64,000 bases of DNA from Halobacteria archaeon (GCA_038869515.1 JAWCQZ010000008.1:12633-76632), one strand, 5' to 3'. Positions 17,191 to 29,124 are shown, counted from the stretch's first letter. The notes: generated from the sequence alone by a model not told the origin. Translations and numbers: made by a program.

Positions 17191-17267
17191 AAATCGCCGG
17201 GGGGGGCGGGGAGGGGGGAATTGGACCGGAATCGTCGCCGGTCCTCTCCGGCGTCTCTCGGCGACAG

Positions 17268-17339
17268 TGCGCCAATCGGGAGTCGAACCCGAGTTTTGGG
17301 CTTGGCAAGCCCAAGTCATAACCGCTAGACCATTGGCGC
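17268..17339 (-). tRNA. tRNA-Gly (anticodon GCC)
   Basis: Folded by hand: acceptor GCGCCAA/UUGGCGC, anticodon stem UGGGC/GCCCA with loop UUGCCAA, T-arm UCGGG-UUCGACU-CCCGA, discriminator A. CCA is not encoded. Confidence 0.8.
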
Positions 17340-17444
17340 CCGGGGAGTGGGGGAAGGGGGCTGTGCTCCCCCGTCCTTGGAACCCTTCACCCTCCCCGCA
17401 TATTAAAACGTACAAACAAGGCTCCGGCAACCCGGGCCCGAAAG

Positions 17445-17507
17445 TTTTTTATACTAACCAATGGTTAGTGCCAATCACTAACCATAGGTTAGTGGCAAAG
17501 GAGGTGA
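17445..17507 (+). promoter_or_regulatory. hsp20-cdc48 promoter: TATA box plus two tandem CTAAC-N5-GTTAG palindromes and an SD
   Basis: TTTTTTATA at 17445-17453. The first inverted repeat CTAACCAATGGTTAG sits at 17454-17468 and the second CTAACCATAGGTTAG at 17478-17492. SD GGAGGTGA at 17500-17507 precedes the ATG at 17518. Confidence 0.55.
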
Positions 17508-17517
17508 ACACCGAACA

Positions 17518-20354
<2,837 letters not shown>

Positions 20355-20601
20355 GAGGCGCCGATGGCCGGGCGCGAGCGCTCTTGGATGATGGACGCGT
20401 GCCCCATCTGCGGGAAGGTCTGCCGGGGAGCGTCCCGGAGATCGGTGGGGGCCCAGCTCCGGCGTTGCGCGCTCACCCACCGGCGCGCGGGGCCTCCCCC
20501 AGCGGTCCCGCCCGCCTCCGTCCTGCCGCATCCGGCCATTCCGCCGCTCGGACCGTCCGGCCCCTCCGGGTGGACGGTGGATGGAGAAGCGCCTCCACGC
20601 G

Positions 20602-22029
20602 CTACTTCGCCGGCCGCCGCTTCGTCCCCTTCTCCGTGTCCTCCACCTTGAACCCGAGTTTCTCCATCTCCTTCCGAATCTCATCCGAGAGGTCGTAGAG
20701 CCCCTTCGCCCGCGCCTTCTCCCGGACGCGGATGAGGAGGTCGAGGAGGGGCTCGGGTCCGCCCGCTGCCGCGGGGGCCGCTGCGCCGAACTCCACCCCG
20801 AACGCCTCCAGCGCCCCCGCGAAAGCCCGGCCCGCAGCCTCGAGCGCCGCCGAGCCGGCCTTCTCCAGCAGGGGGTTGGCCGCGCGCACGAAATTGTGGA
20901 GGGCGGCGAGAGCCTCCGGGGTGTTGAGGTCGTCGTCCATCGTGGCGGCGAATCGGGTCTCGAACGCGGTGGTCGCCGCCCGCAGTTTGGAGTCGGAGGC
21001 GCCCTCCTTGGAGGCCCGCTTCAGGGCGTCGCCCAGAGCCCAGTGGAACGCCTCCAGCCTCTCCCGCGCCTTGTGGGCCTCCGCGATGCGCTCCTCGTCG
21101 AAGTCGAGGGGGCTCCGGTAGTGGGCCGTGGCGAAGAAGAGGCGGAGGGTCGGGGCGCCGAACTTCCCCAGCAACTGGCGGAGGGAGATGAAGTTGCCGA
21201 GCGACTTCGACATCTTCTGGCCCCGGATGGTGATGAGTCCCGAGTGGAGCCAGTATTTCGCGTAGGGCTGTTTCCCGGAGAGGACCTCGGCGATGGCGAT
21301 TTCGGCGTCGTGGTGGGGGAAGGCGAGGTCCCGGCCGCCCCCGTGGATGTCGTACTGCTCCCCGAAGTGGTGCATGGCGATGGCGGTGTCCTCGATGTGC
21401 CAGCCCGGCCTCCCGCGCCCCCAGGGGCTCGGCCACCAGGGCTCCCCGGGCTTGGCGGCCTTCCAGAGCGCGAAGTCCTCGGGGGCGCGTTTCTTCTCCC
21501 CGGGCTCGACCCGGGCGCCCGCGACGAGGTCGCCGGGGACGTTCCGCGACAGCTTGCCGAACTCCGGGAAGGCGGCGATGGAGAAGTAGACGTCGCCGCC
21601 GGAGGCGTAGGCCGCCTTCTTCGCGATGAGCCCCTCGATCTGCCCGATGAGTTCCGCGACGTAGGCGGTGCACTTGCAGTAGAGGTTCACCGTTTCGACC
21701 CCCAGGTCGGCCATGAGGTCAAGGAACTCCCGGGTGAATGTCTCGGCGATGGTTTCCGGAGGCACGCCGGCCTCCTTGGAGCGGTTGATGATTTTGTCGT
21801 CGATGTCGGTGATGTTCACGATGCAGAAGAGGGAGTAGGTCCTCCGGAGCCAGCGCGCGAGGGTGTCGAAGGCGGCGTAGGTCCGGGCGTGGCCGACGTG
21901 GGGCACGTCGTAGACCGTGGGGCCGCAGACGAACATCGTCACCCGCTTGCCCCGCATCGGGACGAAGGGCTCCTTCTTGCCGGTGAGGGTGTTGTAGAGC
22001 TGGAGGCGGCCTTCGGAGTCGGGGGCCAT
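20602..22029 (-). CDS. cysS: Cysteine--tRNA ligase
   Basis: HIGH (…VPHVGHARTY…) and KMSKS motifs with zinc ligands. Start at MAPDSEG (ATG 22027-22029). The N-terminal 84 aa of ORF 20602..22281 are spurious. Confidence 0.9.
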   Translation of the reverse strand: MAPDSEGRLQLYNTLTGKKEPFVPMRGKRVTMFVCGPTVYDVPHVGHARTYAAFDTLARWLRRTYSLFCIVNITDIDDKIINRSKEAGVPPETIAETFTREFLDLMADLGVETVNLYCKCTAYVAELIGQIEGLIAKKAAYASGGDVYFSIAAFPEFGKLSRNVPGDLVAGARVEPGEKKRAPEDFALWKAAKPGEPWWPSPWGRGRPGWHIEDTAIAMHHFGEQYDIHGGGRDLAFPHHDAEIAIAEVLSGKQPYAKYWLHSGLITIRGQKMSKSLGNFISLRQLLGKFGAPTLRLFFATAHYRSPLDFDEERIAEAHKARERLEAFHWALGDALKRASKEGASDSKLRAATTAFETRFAATMDDDLNTPEALAALHNFVRAANPLLEKAGSAALEAAGRAFAGALEAFGVEFGAAAPAAAGGPEPLLDLLIRVREKARAKGLYDLSDEIRKEMEKLGFKVEDTEKGTKRRPAK

Positions 22030-22030
22030 G

Positions 22031-23056
22031 CTATCCACCCCCCGCCAGGGGCCCACTCTCCACCATCTTCCCGTGCAGCACGCGCTCGACCAGTTCCTTG
22101 TACCGCTCCTTCCCGTCCCCGAAGAGGAGGACTCCCTTGCCCCCGTGCTTTTTCTGGTAGCCGTCCGCCACCCGGCCCGCCGCCCACGACGAGGGGCCCG
22201 CGTCGAACCCCGCCCGGAGGAGGCGGCCCGCCCCCTCCGCGATCTCGTCGTTCGACACCTCGACCCACTCGTCCACCACATCCTGGTGGCGGCGCACGAG
22301 GGCGGGGACCATCGAGGCCTTGAGGTTCCTCAGCCCCTGGGCGAAGTGGTCGCGGTCCTTGGGGGTCACGGCGATGACTCTCATCTCCGGGTATTTCTGC
22401 TTGAGGTAGGCCCCCCACCCCAGGGAGCCCCCGGTCCCGACCCCGATGACCGCGAAGTCGGGCCGAGCGCCCATCTGTTTCTCGATTTCAGGTCCGGTGG
22501 TCTCGAAGTGGGCGGCGAAGTTGTCTTCGGAGGCGTACTGGTTGGGCCAGAAGTAGCGGCCCCGCTCCCCCTCGACCAGCCGCTCCACGATGCCGATGGC
22601 CTGGTCGGTCTTGGTCGCCTCGATGAAGTCGGGGTTGGACTGGTAGTGCTCCGATCTGTCGCGCTCCACCCGGATCAGTTCGCCGCTCTTCCGGTCGACG
22701 AAAATGGTGGGGCACTCCTCCTCCGACTCGATGACGTCGGCCGCGACCTTCCGGAGCGCCTCCTTGGTCCCGGGGGAGGTGTGTTTCCAGATGACCGCCT
22801 CGAACCGGTAGCCTAATTTCCGGCTCAGCAGGCCGCGGGCGAGCGCCATCTGGCCCGCCGAGGCCTCGACGTCGGTCTGCGCCGAGGGGTCGAACTCCCC
22901 GCGGAGGATGGCGCGGCAGACCATGAAGACCGCGGGGCGCCACTTGAGGGAGCCGGCGGGGTTGCGGAACTCCTCTTTCGCGAACAGGTGGTCGTTGAAG
23001 GGGCGGAGGTTAACGAGGGGCGTGCGGCCCACCGAATCGAGGAGTTCGCGGGCCAT
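22031..23056 (-). CDS. Cysteine synthase-like PLP enzyme (PALP fold) with a variant active-site motif
   Basis: …FRNPAGSLKWRPAVF… aligns to the CysK …NPGGSVKDR… motif, but with Trp in place of the conserved Asp after the Schiff-base Lys. …GVGTGGSLGWGAYLK… is the glycine-rich PLP loop. The gene ends 1-2 nt before the cysS start. Confidence 0.7.
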   Translation of the reverse strand: MARELLDSVGRTPLVNLRPFNDHLFAKEEFRNPAGSLKWRPAVFMVCRAILRGEFDPSAQTDVEASAGQMALARGLLSRKLGYRFEAVIWKHTSPGTKEALRKVAADVIESEEECPTIFVDRKSGELIRVERDRSEHYQSNPDFIEATKTDQAIGIVERLVEGERGRYFWPNQYASEDNFAAHFETTGPEIEKQMGARPDFAVIGVGTGGSLGWGAYLKQKYPEMRVIAVTPKDRDHFAQGLRNLKASMVPALVRRHQDVVDEWVEVSNDEIAEGAGRLLRAGFDAGPSSWAAGRVADGYQKKHGGKGVLLFGDGKERYKELVERVLHGKMVESGPLAGGG

Positions 23057-23141
23057 CACAGCAAAGACGACCACCGTCCATCGGGGCGGCTTGGCCGGCG
23101 GGCTCTAATAAACTTTTCCCGGCTGCGCCGCAAGGCGCACG

Positions 23142-24365
23142 ATGAAGCGGCTCCCCCTTCTCGCCATCGCCGGAGCCGCGGCCCTCGGGCTCGCCCTCGC
23201 CCTCTCCGCCTCCTCGACTCCGTGTCCGAAGCCCGGGACCGAGGCCAACACCTCCTCCCCGGTCCGGGTCTCCTACACTCCGCTGGAGCGGGTCGTCCCC
23301 GCCCCGAACCTCCCGTCCGGCGTCGCCCCCCAGCGGTCCAACAACAACCTCGCCCTCGCCCTCCACGAAGGGCGGCTCTTCTTCGCCTTCCGGACCGCCC
23401 ACTGGCACTTCGCCTCGCCGACCGCCACCCTCTACGTCCTGTCGAGCGCCGACCTCGGGAGGACGTGGGACCTGGAGGCGAAAATCGCCCCGGGGCGGGA
23501 TGTGCGGGAGCCCAACTTCCTCTCGGTGAACGGCTCGCTCCTCCTCTACTTCTTCCGGGGCGGGGTGAACCCGGTCGCCTTCGAGCCGGGCCCGACGCTG
23601 GTCGCCCGGCGGCTCGGGCCCGGGCGGTGGAGCGAGCCGGCCCCCCTCTTCCCGGAGGAGGGGTGGGTCGCGTGGCGGATCAAAGCCGAGAACGGGACCC
23701 CCTACATGCTCCGCTACCGCGGGGAGCACTACAACTTCAGCGGAGGCGCGAAGCCGCTGGAGGTCGAGTTCCTCACGAGTCGCGACGGACGGAACTGGAC
23801 CCCCGTCGACCCGGCGCGCCCCGTCGTCTACAGCGGCGGCGGCTCCGAGGCGGACTTCGGATTCGACCGGTCGGGGGACCTGCTCGCCACCATACGCATC
23901 GAGGACTCCGACCCGGGCGGCATGGGGGCCCGCACCTGCCGCGCCCCGGCGGGGGACCTCGCGAACTGGGCCTGCGCTCCAGACCCGCGCCGCTACGACT
24001 CGCCCCTCGCCCTCTCCCACAACGGCTCCGTCTACCTGGTGGCCCGCCGCCACCCGCTCGGCCCCTTCGACCTCGGCGCGCAGGCCCTCCCCGGGAGCCT
24101 CCAGGCAGCCCTCTACAACGGATTCTACTGGCTCACCCCGAAGCGGACCTCCCTCTACCGGCTCGTGTCGGACGAACCGCGCGCGGAGTGGCTGCTCGAC
24201 TTCCCGAGCAACGGGGACACCGCCTTCCCCGCGCTGGTGAAACTGAACGACTCGACCTACCTCCTCTACAACTACTCCTCCGACCCGGAGGGGTGCGAGG
24301 TTCCGTGGCTGGCGGGGCAACTCGGCCCCACCGCCATCTACGCGACCCGGCTCACCCTTCCCTGA
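23142..24365 (+). CDS. Secreted BNR/Asp-box repeat beta-propeller protein (sialidase/GH33-like)
   Basis: An N-terminal signal peptide (MKRLPLLAIAGAAALGLALALSASS) is followed by Asp-box motifs SSADLGRTW and TSRDGRNW. The protein carries many N-x-S/T sequons. Confidence 0.6.
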   Translation: MKRLPLLAIAGAAALGLALALSASSTPCPKPGTEANTSSPVRVSYTPLERVVPAPNLPSGVAPQRSNNNLALALHEGRLFFAFRTAHWHFASPTATLYVLSSADLGRTWDLEAKIAPGRDVREPNFLSVNGSLLLYFFRGGVNPVAFEPGPTLVARRLGPGRWSEPAPLFPEEGWVAWRIKAENGTPYMLRYRGEHYNFSGGAKPLEVEFLTSRDGRNWTPVDPARPVVYSGGGSEADFGFDRSGDLLATIRIEDSDPGGMGARTCRAPAGDLANWACAPDPRRYDSPLALSHNGSVYLVARRHPLGPFDLGAQALPGSLQAALYNGFYWLTPKRTSLYRLVSDEPRAEWLLDFPSNGDTAFPALVKLNDSTYLLYNYSSDPEGCEVPWLAGQLGPTAIYATRLTLP

Positions 24366-25290
24366 CGCTCTCCCCCCGCCTCTTCCATCCCCGCGGGTAG
24401 GTGCCGGGCTCCATGACCACCTTCCACGGCTTCACCGCCACCCCGGAGGCCATGTCCCCCATCCGCTCCGAATCGACCGCCGCCTCTCCGACGCAGACCA
24501 GTTCGCCCTTCGGGGTCAGCACGGCGACCCGGCTCTCCGGGCGGAGGCCGGGAGGGGGCGGCTCCGCGAGACCGGGGGCCATGAGGGGCGCGCCGTGGCA
24601 GAGCGCCTCCACCGCGCTCTCCTTCGCCACGATTCTCGGCAGGAACCCGAGCGCTTCCTCGGGCGACTGGAGCAGCGCCCGGAGGGACTCCGGGTCTCCC
24701 GCCTCCCGCGCATCGGCGGCCTCCTTCAGCCGGTGGAGCGTCACCGCCCGCGCCTCGTCCCACGGCCCGGCGCGGGTCCTCCGCAACTGGACCATGTGCG
24801 CCCCCGTCCCGAGGGCGAGGCCGAGGTCGTGGACCAGTTTGCGGATGTAGGTCCCCGCCTCGCAGCGCACCCGGAAGAGGGCGAGAGGGCCGTCGGCCTC
24901 CAGGATTTGCAACTCGTGGATGGTCCGGACCCGGACCCGTTTCTCGACGGCCGACCGGAGGGGGGGCCGCTGGTAGATGGGGCCGGTGAACTCCTGGACG
25001 ACGGAGTCGAGGGCTCTCCGCTCGACCTCCCGGTGGAGCCGGAGGAGGCCAACATACTCCTTCTCCAGGTCGCCGGTGGCCGCGGCGAGGCCGACTCCGC
25101 GGTCGAGCCAGAGGGGGAGGACCCCGGTGACCCGGGGGTCGAGGGTCCCGACGTGGCCCGCCTTCGGGACGCCGAGGATCTCCCGGGCCCAGAGGGCCGC
25201 CTCGTGGCTTGTGGGGCCCGGAGGCTTGTCGAGGACCAGGAGGCCCCGCTTCAGCAGGGAATCGATGGAGGGGCGTCCCGTCGCGCTCAT
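24352..25290 (-). CDS. cbf5: tRNA/rRNA pseudouridine synthase Cbf5 (TruB family, H/ACA RNP catalytic subunit) with PUA domain
   Basis: 312 aa from MSATGRPS… with the TruB catalytic motif …HVGTLDPRVTG… and a C-terminal PUA domain. ATG at 25288-25290. Confidence 0.9.
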   Translation of the reverse strand: MSATGRPSIDSLLKRGLLVLDKPPGPTSHEAALWAREILGVPKAGHVGTLDPRVTGVLPLWLDRGVGLAAATGDLEKEYVGLLRLHREVERRALDSVVQEFTGPIYQRPPLRSAVEKRVRVRTIHELQILEADGPLALFRVRCEAGTYIRKLVHDLGLALGTGAHMVQLRRTRAGPWDEARAVTLHRLKEAADAREAGDPESLRALLQSPEEALGFLPRIVAKESAVEALCHGAPLMAPGLAEPPPPGLRPESRVAVLTPKGELVCVGEAAVDSERMGDMASGVAVKPWKVVMEPGTYPRGWKRRGESVREG

Positions 25291-25814
25291 CGCTTCGCGG
25301 CGGAGATGGCGGTGCGGATGACCCGTGCGATGGCCTGGGGGCCCCAGCGGGAGGAGTCGAGGACCAGTTGGTAGGGTTCGAGGGAGGCCATCTCGATGTT
25401 GTACCAGCGCCGGTAGCGCCGCGCCTCGCACCGCTCCCTCTCCCGGACCTGCCTCCGGGCGGTCGCCACCGAGACCCCCTCCCGGCGCGCCACCCGCGCC
25501 GCCCGGACCTCGAGGGGCGCCGTGATCCAGACCCGCAGGTCGGCCTTCGGAATGAAGTGGGCCGCCAGCCGCCCCTCCACGATGGCGTTCCGGTGGCGCG
25601 CCGCCTCGGCGGCTTGGCGCCGGTCCACCGCCCGGTCGAGGCGGGGATCGCGCTCCGCCCGGCGGCCGAACTCCGGGAGGGAGAGGCCGCGCGCCTCCGC
25701 CTCCCTCCGGAACATCTCCCCGGCAGAGATGAGGGGCCAGCCGGTCTGCTTCGAAAGGAGGTCGGCCACGGTCGTCTTCCCGGCGCCCGGGGGGCCGCCG
25801 AGGGTGACCTTCAC
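25287..25814 (-). CDS. cmk: Cytidylate kinase, archaeal type
   Basis: P-loop GGPPGAGKTT near the N-terminus. Probable GTG start at 25814. The stop overlaps the cbf5 start (ATGA). Confidence 0.75.
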   Translation of the reverse strand: MKVTLGGPPGAGKTTVADLLSKQTGWPLISAGEMFRREAEARGLSLPEFGRRAERDPRLDRAVDRRQAAEAARHRNAIVEGRLAAHFIPKADLRVWITAPLEVRAARVARREGVSVATARRQVRERERCEARRYRRWYNIEMASLEPYQLVLDSSRWGPQAIARVIRTAISAAKR

Positions 25815-26725
25815 GCCGCCATCCCCCCGGAAGCCTCCGTCGCTTCCTTCTCCTTCCGCCGCATCCGGTCCTCCATCGCCTTCTGGACCAGGTGGCTGGC
25901 CGGGAGCGTGATGAGCATGTACCAGACGATCCACCAGGGCATGATGCCGAGGGCGAGGTCGTTGGGGTGGCGGCTGCCCGAGTCGCCGGGGGAGAGGGGC
26001 GGCACCCGGAAGAGGCCGCCGGTCCTCGAAGCGATGCAACTCTCGAGGTGGTCGCGGAAGGGCCCCATCTCGCTCCGGTAGGGACAGTGGTCCGCCACGT
26101 AGTCGAGCGCGGGGCGGTGGACCGCCGTGACGTTTCCGCACGAGGAGATGTTCCGCTGCCCGTCGGGGCTCGCGTGGGAGATTTCGAGGGTGGCGTTCGG
26201 CGGGCAGCCCTCCACCAGAGAAATGGTCTCCGAAACGGCCACCCCCGGGGGCGGCACGGTGGCGTAAATCCACATGAAGAAGGGCAGCGAGACAACCATC
26301 AGCAGCAGCATCGGCTTCATGTTCTCGGTCATCATCGCCTGCTGCTCCCGCATCATCCCCATCTGCTCCTCGCGCGCCTTCTGGATGAGGTGCTTGTTCT
26401 GGCTCTTCATCGCCTCCCGCAACTGCTTGCCGACGCGCTGGCTCCTCTCCTGGAACGCCTTGACCTTCTTCCAGTCGGTGAACCGGAACCGGAGGAGGGT
26501 GGAGATGACGCCGGAGACGATGGCGAGGAGGGCGATGGTGGCCTGGAAGGAGTGGGCGGCGAGCGGGTCGAGGAGGGGGCGCAGGGGCTTGGCGATTTGG
26601 CCTGCGAAGGGGAGGAGGACGATCCAGAGGAGCATCGGGGCGAAGAGGAGGAGCATGGGGCGGAGGCTCGGAGCTGGCGGGGGCTGCTTTCCGGCGGGCC
26701 CCTTGGCCCCGGTTTCGGGGGGCAT
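25811..26725 (-). CDS. DUF106/EMC3/YidC-Oxa1-like membrane insertase homolog with a Cys-containing extracytoplasmic insertion
   Basis: TM helices and a Met/Gln-rich coiled-coil (…QERSQRVGKQLREAMKSQNKHLIQKAREEQMGMMREQQAMMTENMKPMLLLMVVSLPFF…) are typical of archaeal DUF106. An additional region of about 100 aa carries 5 Cys and 3 N-x-S/T sequons (…VEGCPPNATLEISHASPDGQRNISSCGNVTAVH…DHCPY…ESCIAS…). Confidence 0.55.
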   Translation of the reverse strand: MPPETGAKGPAGKQPPPAPSLRPMLLLFAPMLLWIVLLPFAGQIAKPLRPLLDPLAAHSFQATIALLAIVSGVISTLLRFRFTDWKKVKAFQERSQRVGKQLREAMKSQNKHLIQKAREEQMGMMREQQAMMTENMKPMLLLMVVSLPFFMWIYATVPPPGVAVSETISLVEGCPPNATLEISHASPDGQRNISSCGNVTAVHRPALDYVADHCPYRSEMGPFRDHLESCIASRTGGLFRVPPLSPGDSGSRHPNDLALGIMPWWIVWYMLITLPASHLVQKAMEDRMRRKEKEATEASGGMAA

Positions 26726-26771
26726 GGCATGGGGAGGCCAGCATTCTTAATATCACTTCCCCAGGGTTCTC

Positions 26772-27425
26772 ATGGCTGCCCGCAAGGTGCGATACCTCCG
26801 GGTCTCCTGGGACGACGTGGCCCGCTTGGTCCGCCGGGTAGCCCGGGAGGTGGTGGACGAGGGGTGGCGGCCGGAGGCCATCGTCGCCATCTCGCGCGGG
26901 GGGCTCTTCCACGGCCGGGTCCTGAGCGACCTCCTCGGCATCCCCGCCCTCTACGCGGTGAAGGTGGAGCACTGGGGAGTGACGGCGACAATCACCGGAG
27001 AGGCGCGCGTCGCCGCCCCTCTCTCGGGGCCCGTGGAGGGGAAGCGGGTCCTCGCCGTGGACGACATCGCCGACACCGGCGACAGCCTCGCCCTCGTCCG
27101 GAAGCACCTCGAGGAGCGGGGGGCCGGGGAGACCCGCCTCGCGACCCTCCACTACCTGCCCTCCTCGAAGGTGCGCCCCGATTTCTACGGCAAGACGCTC
27201 CAGTCGTGGGTCTGGGTTGTCTACCCCTGGAACTTCACCGAGGACCTGGGGAACGTCGCCCGGAAGATGCTGCCGGAGGAGGGACTGGGGGCGGCGGAAC
27301 TGAGACGGAAACTGGCGGCCCGGGGATTCGCCTCGGGAGCCAAGGAGTTCGCCGACGCCCTCGCGCTCCTGAAGTGGCAGGGAAAACTCGCGCAGAAGGG
27401 GGGCCGGTGGAGGGCGGGGCCGTGA
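26772..27425 (+). CDS. Phosphoribosyltransferase (purine PRTase family)
   Basis: PRPP-binding motif …VLAVDDIADTGDSL…. Confidence 0.75.
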   Translation: MAARKVRYLRVSWDDVARLVRRVAREVVDEGWRPEAIVAISRGGLFHGRVLSDLLGIPALYAVKVEHWGVTATITGEARVAAPLSGPVEGKRVLAVDDIADTGDSLALVRKHLEERGAGETRLATLHYLPSSKVRPDFYGKTLQSWVWVVYPWNFTEDLGNVARKMLPEEGLGAAELRRKLAARGFASGAKEFADALALLKWQGKLAQKGGRWRAGP

Positions 27426-28273
27426 AGCCGGAACCGGCGGTCGGCATCATCGGGGGCTCCGGCCTCTACGAGGCGGGGTTCCTCGGCAAGGCGAAGGCGC
27501 ACCGGGTCGCCACCCCGTTCGGCCCCCCCTCCGACGCCATCGTGGAGGGGCGGTTGGAGGGGCGGAGGGTGCTCTTCCTCTCCCGGCACGGGCGAGGCCA
27601 CCGGTGGCCCCCCCACAAAATCCCCGCCCGGGCCAACCTCTGGGCCCTCAAGAAACTCGGCTCGACGGCCCTCCTCTCTGTCTCGGCGGTCGGCTCCCTG
27701 AAGGAGGAGATTGCGCCCCTCGACGTGGTGGTGCCGGACCAGTTGTTCGACCGGACCCGCTCGCGCCCCTCCACCTTCTTCGACGACCTCACCGTCCACG
27801 TCTCCCTGGCGGAGCCCTTCTGCCCCGTCCTCCGGGGACTCCTCGCGGGGGGGGCGCGGGAAGCGGGGGGAAAGGTCCACCCGAGGGGGACCTACGTCTG
27901 CGTCGAGGGGCCCCAGTTCTCGACCAAGGCGGAGAGCGCGGAGAACCGGCGGGCGGGGTTCGACGTGGTCGGGATGACCGCCCTCCCCGAGGCGCGGCTC
28001 GCCCGCGAGGCGCAACTCTGCTACGGCACCCTCGCCTTCTCGACCGACTACGACGTCTGGAAGGAGACCGAGGAGGTGGATGTGGCCCGGATCCTCGGGA
28101 ACCTCCGCAAGAACGCCGCCCTCGCCCAGGAGGTCCTGCGGCGGGTCGTCCCCCGCATCGCCGAGGGGCGGGAGTGCCGCTGCCGGACGGCGCTGGAGGG
28201 GGCGGTGGTCACCGACCTGAAGCGGCTGCCCGCCCCGCTCCGGGCGAAACTCAAGCTCCTCCTCGGGCCATGA
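27422..28273 (+). CDS. mtnP: 5'-methylthioadenosine/purine nucleoside phosphorylase
   Basis: …GIIGGSGLY…RHGRGH… and …VVGMTALPEARLAREA… match the PNP/MTAP family. GTG start overlaps the PRTase stop. Confidence 0.85.
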   Translation: MKPEPAVGIIGGSGLYEAGFLGKAKAHRVATPFGPPSDAIVEGRLEGRRVLFLSRHGRGHRWPPHKIPARANLWALKKLGSTALLSVSAVGSLKEEIAPLDVVVPDQLFDRTRSRPSTFFDDLTVHVSLAEPFCPVLRGLLAGGAREAGGKVHPRGTYVCVEGPQFSTKAESAENRRAGFDVVGMTALPEARLAREAQLCYGTLAFSTDYDVWKETEEVDVARILGNLRKNAALAQEVLRRVVPRIAEGRECRCRTALEGAVVTDLKRLPAPLRAKLKLLLGP

Positions 28274-28764
28274 GCGCGGTCCGGGAGCCGGGGCTCGTCG
28301 ACGGGGCGCCCGCCGACCTCGACCTCCGCCGCCAGAGCCTGGTGGCCGACGGGGGGAACTTCCTCCTCACCATCGGGAGCGGGAAGATCGTCCTCTGGCT
28401 CGGGAGGAAGGTCCCCGAGGCGACCATCGGGGCTCTCCTGCGGGCCGTGGCGGAGGCGGACCCCCGGGCGGGGCCCCGGGAGCCCCTCCTGGTGAAGTGC
28501 TCCCACGGCGAGATTCCCCGCTACGAAGAGGAGGGGCTCCGGCTCCTGGGGCACGCCCTCGCCGAGAACCGGGCCCTCTTCCAGGTCCCCTTCGTGGACC
28601 CGAGGGCGGTCCGGTTCTACACCCGCCACCTCGCGGCCCGGCGTGAGGTGGAGGACGTGGAGGAGACCCTCCTCTGGAAGGGGGGACCGCTCCGCCTCCG
28701 GCGGCTGGCGGAGGCCCTCCGGGCCCTGGGCGTCGAGTTCTCCGCCCGGGCCCGCTCCGAGTGA
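28270..28764 (+). CDS. Conserved hypothetical protein, translationally coupled to mtnP
   Basis: 164 aa (MSAVREPGLVDG…). Its ATG overlaps the mtnP stop (ATGA). No domain recognised. Confidence 0.4.
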   Translation: MSAVREPGLVDGAPADLDLRRQSLVADGGNFLLTIGSGKIVLWLGRKVPEATIGALLRAVAEADPRAGPREPLLVKCSHGEIPRYEEEGLRLLGHALAENRALFQVPFVDPRAVRFYTRHLAARREVEDVEETLLWKGGPLRLRRLAEALRALGVEFSARARSE

Positions 28765-28767
28765 GAG

Positions 28768-29124
28768 CTACTCGGCCGAGTCCAGCAACGAAACCTTGAG
28801 GAGCCGCTCCAGCCTCTTGCGGACCGCCTCCTCGGGGGCGATTTCGTTCCGCTCCATCTTCCGGAGGAGCCCCTCCTTCATCCTCGCCTCGGCCGCCAGC
28901 TGGGCGGGGGACCAGCCCCGGGCCTCCCGGGCCCTTCGGATCGTCTCGCCGTAGTTCTCCTTGAGGACGGGGGCGTCGAGGACGAGGCGCGCGGGCCCCG
29001 GCTCCGGGGGGGCGATTTCGGGAGCGCCGGCCTTGAGACAGGCCGGGCACGCCAGCACGGAGGCCCCTCCGACCCTCGCGCGCTTGAGTCCCGACGCCGG
29101 CTGCCCGCAGAGCTCGCAAAGCAT
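28768..29124 (-). CDS. mbf1: Archaeal multiprotein-bridging factor 1 (Zn-ribbon plus HTH-XRE)
   Basis: An N-terminal C4 zinc ribbon (CELCG…CPAC) and a C-terminal XRE-type HTH. Divergently paired with PAN. Confidence 0.8.
   Translation of the reverse strand: MLCELCGQPASGLKRARVGGASVLACPACLKAGAPEIAPPEPGPARLVLDAPVLKENYGETIRRAREARGWSPAQLAAEARMKEGLLRKMERNEIAPEEAVRKRLERLLKVSLLDSAE

Noticed and set aside
17340-17440. GC-rich hairpin (GGGGG-CTGTGCT-CCCCC) between tRNA-Gly and the hsp20 promoter as a possible ncRNA or terminator
   Set aside because: It is short and lies in the upstream region of tRNA-Gly. G/C hairpins occur by chance in such GC-rich DNA, so there is no basis to call a specific RNA gene.
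20364-20651. ORF with MMDACPICGKVC… between cdc48 and cysS that superficially resembles a small zinc finger
   Set aside because: It overlaps the 3' end of cysS on the opposite strand. Apart from one CxxC it is low-complexity Pro/Ala, and no SD or promoter signal was seen. It is more likely an artefact.
22488-22943. Antisense 151-aa ORF inside the PALP gene
   Set aside because: Arg/Gly-rich and fully nested in a well-supported gene, so it is an artefact.
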